A DNA stretch of 64,000 bases, taken from assembly GCA_965208325.1 (NCBI GenBank), contig OZ242326.1:3552001-3616000 (forward strand), read 5' to 3'. The translations under genes were made by a program, and so were the position numbers. The DNA is from Candidatus Poribacteria bacterium. GTDB taxonomy: Bacteria > Poribacteria > WGA-4E > PCPOR2b. The notes below the pieces were generated by a model. It ran no database searches. It was given only the letters and a program-made list of their open reading frames with translations, and had not been told where the DNA came from. This document shows positions 60,606 to 64,000 of this stretch, in pieces (within the stretch, counting starts at the first letter, position 1; every line of letters starts with the position of its first letter).

Positions 60606-61463
60606 TCAAGAGGCGGCGCTTTCGATTGCACGATGGGTATACACTCTCGCCAAATTCTTGCGGTATGCCTCGCTGGCGTGGATATCTTCTAAAACATCAT
60701 CTACACCATCAACGGCTTTTTCTGCGGCTGCGGCAATGTTTTCAGCAATGAGGGCTTTGCCTCTCAAATCTGATTCAACGCTCGCCGCCCGGTAAGGAAC
60801 ATTAGAGACACCGGTAACGCCGACAGCAAGGTTTTGGCAAATATCTCCAACCTGCGAGAGGATAACCGCAACGCCAGTAAGGGCAAAGCCGGATGCAATC
60901 TGAGGCAGCTTCAGGTATGTCCCTTTAGTGTTTGCGCCGGGTATGGGCACGTGAATTTCAGTAATAATTTCTTCCGGCTCAATCGCGGTCGTATACAAAT
61001 CTTCAAAGAACTCGGACGCTTTAATTGAGCGTTCACCACCTTGGCCGACGGCTTTAATTTCAGCGTCGAGCGCGAGAACCGCAGCGGGCCAATCGGCGGC
61101 TGGATCGGCATGCGCAAGGCTGCCCCCGATGGTGCCTTTATTGCGAACCTGAACATCGCCAATCGCAGCCGCAGTTTGTGCAAGCAGCGGAATCTTCCGA
61201 TGCGCTAAATCTGACGTCTCAAGTTCATAGTGCGTCGTGAGTGCGCCGATAATCAATGTACCGCTCGACTCGGATATCCCCTTTAAGGCGCCGATTTGAT
61301 TCAGGTCAACGATTACATCGGGTTCAGCCAACCGCAACTTCATGGTTGGAATTAGACTATGTCCTCCGGCGAGTAGCTTTGCGCCCTCTCCATTTTCTTT
61401 CAAGAGCGCCAAGGCCTCATCAACTGACGTCGGTGCAATGTATTCAAAACTTCCCGGAATCAT
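60606..61463 (-). CDS. coxM: CO dehydrogenase-like FAD (medium) subunit
   Basis: LAGGHSLIP.MKLR, QVRNKGTIGGSLAHADPAAD, YR. Confidence 0.92.
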   Translation of the reverse strand: MIPGSFEYIAPTSVDEALALLKENGEGAKLLAGGHSLIPTMKLRLAEPDVIVDLNQIGALKGISESSGTLIIGALTTHYELETSDLAHRKIPLLAQTAAAIGDVQVRNKGTIGGSLAHADPAADWPAAVLALDAEIKAVGQGGERSIKASEFFEDLYTTAIEPEEIITEIHVPIPGANTKGTYLKLPQIASGFALTGVAVILSQVGDICQNLAVGVTGVSNVPYRAASVESDLRGKALIAENIAAAAEKAVDGVDDVLEDIHASEAYRKNLARVYTHRAIESAAS

Positions 61464-63820
61464 TACTCACTCACTCCTTTCTTTGCGTCTTCAATCACCT
61501 GCCACACGCGATTCGGTGTCAAAGGCATCTCAATATCCTTAACGCCCAATGGAGACAAGGCGTCCACAACTGCATTGACGATGCACGCCGTTGATGCAAT
61601 TGTTCCGGTTTCACCCACTCCCTTGACGCCCATTGGATTTGCGGGAGATGGTGTCACGGTGTAGTCATTTTCAACACTTGGCACTTGTGTGGCTTTAGGG
61701 ACAGCGTAGTCCATCAGCGATCCGGTCAGGAGTTGACCGTTTTCATCGTAAACCGCGCCCTCGTACAACGCCTGGCCTAACCCTTGTGCGATGCCGCCAT
61801 GTACTTGTCCGGTAACCAGCAGCGGATTGATGATATGTCCGATGTCATCCACTGCAACATACCTCTGAATGTCGATTTCCCCAGTGTCGGGGTCAACCTC
61901 AACAATCGCAATGTGGGCACCAAACGGGTTTGTAAATTTTTCCGGTTCAAAGAAATGCGTCGCTTCAAGTCCGGGCTCGATATCCGGCGGTAGATTCACG
62001 GCGTTGTGAGCCGCAGCAGCAACAGTTGCGAACTCGACAGCTTGCGCGGGCGAACCTTGGACGAAAATTTTTCCATTTTCGAACACAAGATCGTCGGGAT
62101 TCGCTTCCAGCAAATGCGCCGTGAGTTTTGCCATTTTATCCTTCACTTGGCGCCCCGCGACAAGCATTGCTGTTCCGCCGACGGGGGTTGCCCGGCTGCC
62201 GAACGTCCCGATTCCCTGAGGCTGCCGGCCTGTGTCGCCGTGGATAACCGCAATATCATCGATATCAACTCCCAACTCATCGGCCATGATTTGGGCAAAG
62301 CTAGTTTCCTGCCCTTGCCCGTGCGGCGAAACACCTGTCAAAACAGTTACCTTTCCGGTGCGTTCAATTCGAACGGTACTGCTTTCCCAGCCGCCGCCGG
62401 CTACGCCGATTGACGGCCCAAATCCGCTGATTTCCGCATAAGTGCAGATACCAATTCCCACGTATTTTCCCTGCTTGCGACGCGCCGACTGCTGGTCACG
62501 CAGGTCGTCATAATTGATAATTCCCAACGCCTTGTTGAAAGTTTCCTGATAGTTCCCGCTGTCGTAGATGATTCCAGTCGGAATTTCAAATGGAAATTCG
62601 TCCGGCTGCGGGAAGTTCTTGAATCGGATATCTTTTGGATCCATTCCCAGTTTTTGTGCGGCAAGGTCTACCATGCGTTCGATGATGTAGGTCGCTTCCG
62701 GACGCCCTGCACCGCGATAGGCGTCTGTCGCCATTTTGTTCGTTAAGACGCCAATCAATTCCAATTTGATATTGGGGATTTTATAAGCCCCCGGAATCAT
62801 GAGATATGTCAGAACAGGAATAATCGGTGTGAGCAACTGATAGTAGGCTCCCATATTGGCGAGCAGTTTGGCGCGAAGCCCTGTGATGGTCCCGTCGTTA
62901 TTGACTGCGATCTCAACGTAGTTGATTTGATCCCGCCCGTGAATGGTTGATGTGAAGTTTTCGCCGCGTTTTTCAATCCATTTCACAGGTTTGCCGAGTT
63001 GAATCGCCAAATATGCTACCACAGCCTCTTCCGCGTACACATTAAGTTTACTGCCGAAGGCGCCGCCTACCTCAGGCGCGATGACACGGATTCTGTGTTC
63101 AGGAAAATCTACAAGAAGCGACAGGAATGTTTTGAGATGATGCGGGATTTGCGTTGACGACCAGACAGTCAATGTCCCTTCTCCGCGGAGGTATTCGGCT
63201 AAAACCCCCCGCGGTTCCATTGCAATCGGGATAAGTCGTTGATTCACAAGGCGATGCGAAATTACGTGGTCCGCTTCGGCAAAAGCCTTGTCAACATCGC
63301 CGGCATCCAACGGCATGGTAAAAGCGATATTGTCACCAAATTCTTCGAAAATAACTGGCGAGTCTGGTTCGATAGCTTTATCCATATCTACGACAACCGG
63401 TAACTCTCGGTACTCAATTTCAATCAGATCCAACGCGTCTCGGGCGATATAGGGGTCAGTTGCTACGACCGCTGCAACAGGTTCACCAACGAATCGCACG
63501 CGTCCTACAGCTAGAGCGGGGTGATCGGGAATTTTAAGACCCTCAATTTCCGCGGCGCAGGGAACTGAACTGACTTTTTCCCTAATATCCTCTCCGGTGA
63601 TTACCGTAACAACGCCGGACAAACGCTTCGCCGCTTCCGTATCAATATTTTCGATTTCTGCGTGCGCGTAGTCGCTGCGGAGAAATGCACAGTGCAGCGT
63701 ATTTACCATTTTAAGGTCATCGACATAATGAGATAGCCCCTGGATTAACCTTGGATCTTCGCGCCGCTTAATGGGAGCGCCAATCAACCGGCTGGGTCCT
63801 GCTAGAGTCGCCATCAGCAT
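61463..63820 (-). CDS. coxL: Form II CO dehydrogenase-like molybdopterin (large) subunit
   Basis: RREDPRL, GGAFGSK, AYRGAGR (form II signature), GTFGSR, GQVHGGIAQG, KGVGE. Confidence 0.9.
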   Translation of the reverse strand: MLMATLAGPSRLIGAPIKRREDPRLIQGLSHYVDDLKMVNTLHCAFLRSDYAHAEIENIDTEAAKRLSGVVTVITGEDIREKVSSVPCAAEIEGLKIPDHPALAVGRVRFVGEPVAAVVATDPYIARDALDLIEIEYRELPVVVDMDKAIEPDSPVIFEEFGDNIAFTMPLDAGDVDKAFAEADHVISHRLVNQRLIPIAMEPRGVLAEYLRGEGTLTVWSSTQIPHHLKTFLSLLVDFPEHRIRVIAPEVGGAFGSKLNVYAEEAVVAYLAIQLGKPVKWIEKRGENFTSTIHGRDQINYVEIAVNNDGTITGLRAKLLANMGAYYQLLTPIIPVLTYLMIPGAYKIPNIKLELIGVLTNKMATDAYRGAGRPEATYIIERMVDLAAQKLGMDPKDIRFKNFPQPDEFPFEIPTGIIYDSGNYQETFNKALGIINYDDLRDQQSARRKQGKYVGIGICTYAEISGFGPSIGVAGGGWESSTVRIERTGKVTVLTGVSPHGQGQETSFAQIMADELGVDIDDIAVIHGDTGRQPQGIGTFGSRATPVGGTAMLVAGRQVKDKMAKLTAHLLEANPDDLVFENGKIFVQGSPAQAVEFATVAAAAHNAVNLPPDIEPGLEATHFFEPEKFTNPFGAHIAIVEVDPDTGEIDIQRYVAVDDIGHIINPLLVTGQVHGGIAQGLGQALYEGAVYDENGQLLTGSLMDYAVPKATQVPSVENDYTVTPSPANPMGVKGVGETGTIASTACIVNAVVDALSPLGVKDIEMPLTPNRVWQVIEDAKKGVSE

Positions 63821-63839
63821 AACCTCCTTTCATTCTTCA

Positions 63840-64000
63840 TTAACTCTGCATTTTTTGTGCAGCATATTGAACAGCATTAACGATATGCTGATAACCGGTA
63901 CAGCGGCAAAGATTTCCTTCTAATCCGTGCCGAATCTCGGCTTCCGTAGGATTGGGATTACGCTCAAGCAACTGACTTGCCGCCATAATCATGCCGGGTG
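63840..64000 (-). CDS. coxS: 3' part of the 2Fe-2S (small) subunit, truncated by the window edge
   Basis: Not in the ORF track; reads [44 protein letters not shown]. Confidence 0.92.
   Translation of the reverse strand, partial: PGMIMAASQLLERNPNPTEAEIRHGLEGNLCRCTGYQHIVNAVQYAAQKMQS

Overview
This is a 64 kb bacterial chromosomal window. The gene content suggests a Candidatus Poribacteria-like sponge-symbiont genome (inference from the PhyH paralogs, a WD40 protein with an 'LPESAKLRLGKG' leader, HEAT lipoproteins, a PorV-like protein and abundant GTAG-type REP palindromes). Most of it is housekeeping or metabolic: rnhB, yraN, pepF, ABC-F, acpS-folP-ftsH, a Ski2/HelY-like helicase, MoaB, and a form II cox (CODH-like) cluster split into coxSLMG and mocA-coxDE. 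An accessory segment at about 47.3-57.5 kb sits between the two cox blocks. It carries the best candidate new system: a tightly coupled four-gene operon with a Qat-type core (QatB-like protein starting MGTS plus QueC-like QatC). The usual QatA ATPase and QatD TatD are replaced by a PD-(D/E)XK nuclease-like gene and a degenerate RecB/AddB-like gene. Other notable items are a PhyH paralog with an HxA (halogenase-type) iron motif, a lysine-less GcvH-like protein paired with an ADP-ribosylglycohydrolase, a duplicated gamma-glutamylcyclotransferase gene bracketed by repeats, and a fixed-length (about 103 bp) REP-like element family. All assignments come from motif reading by eye; no searches were run.
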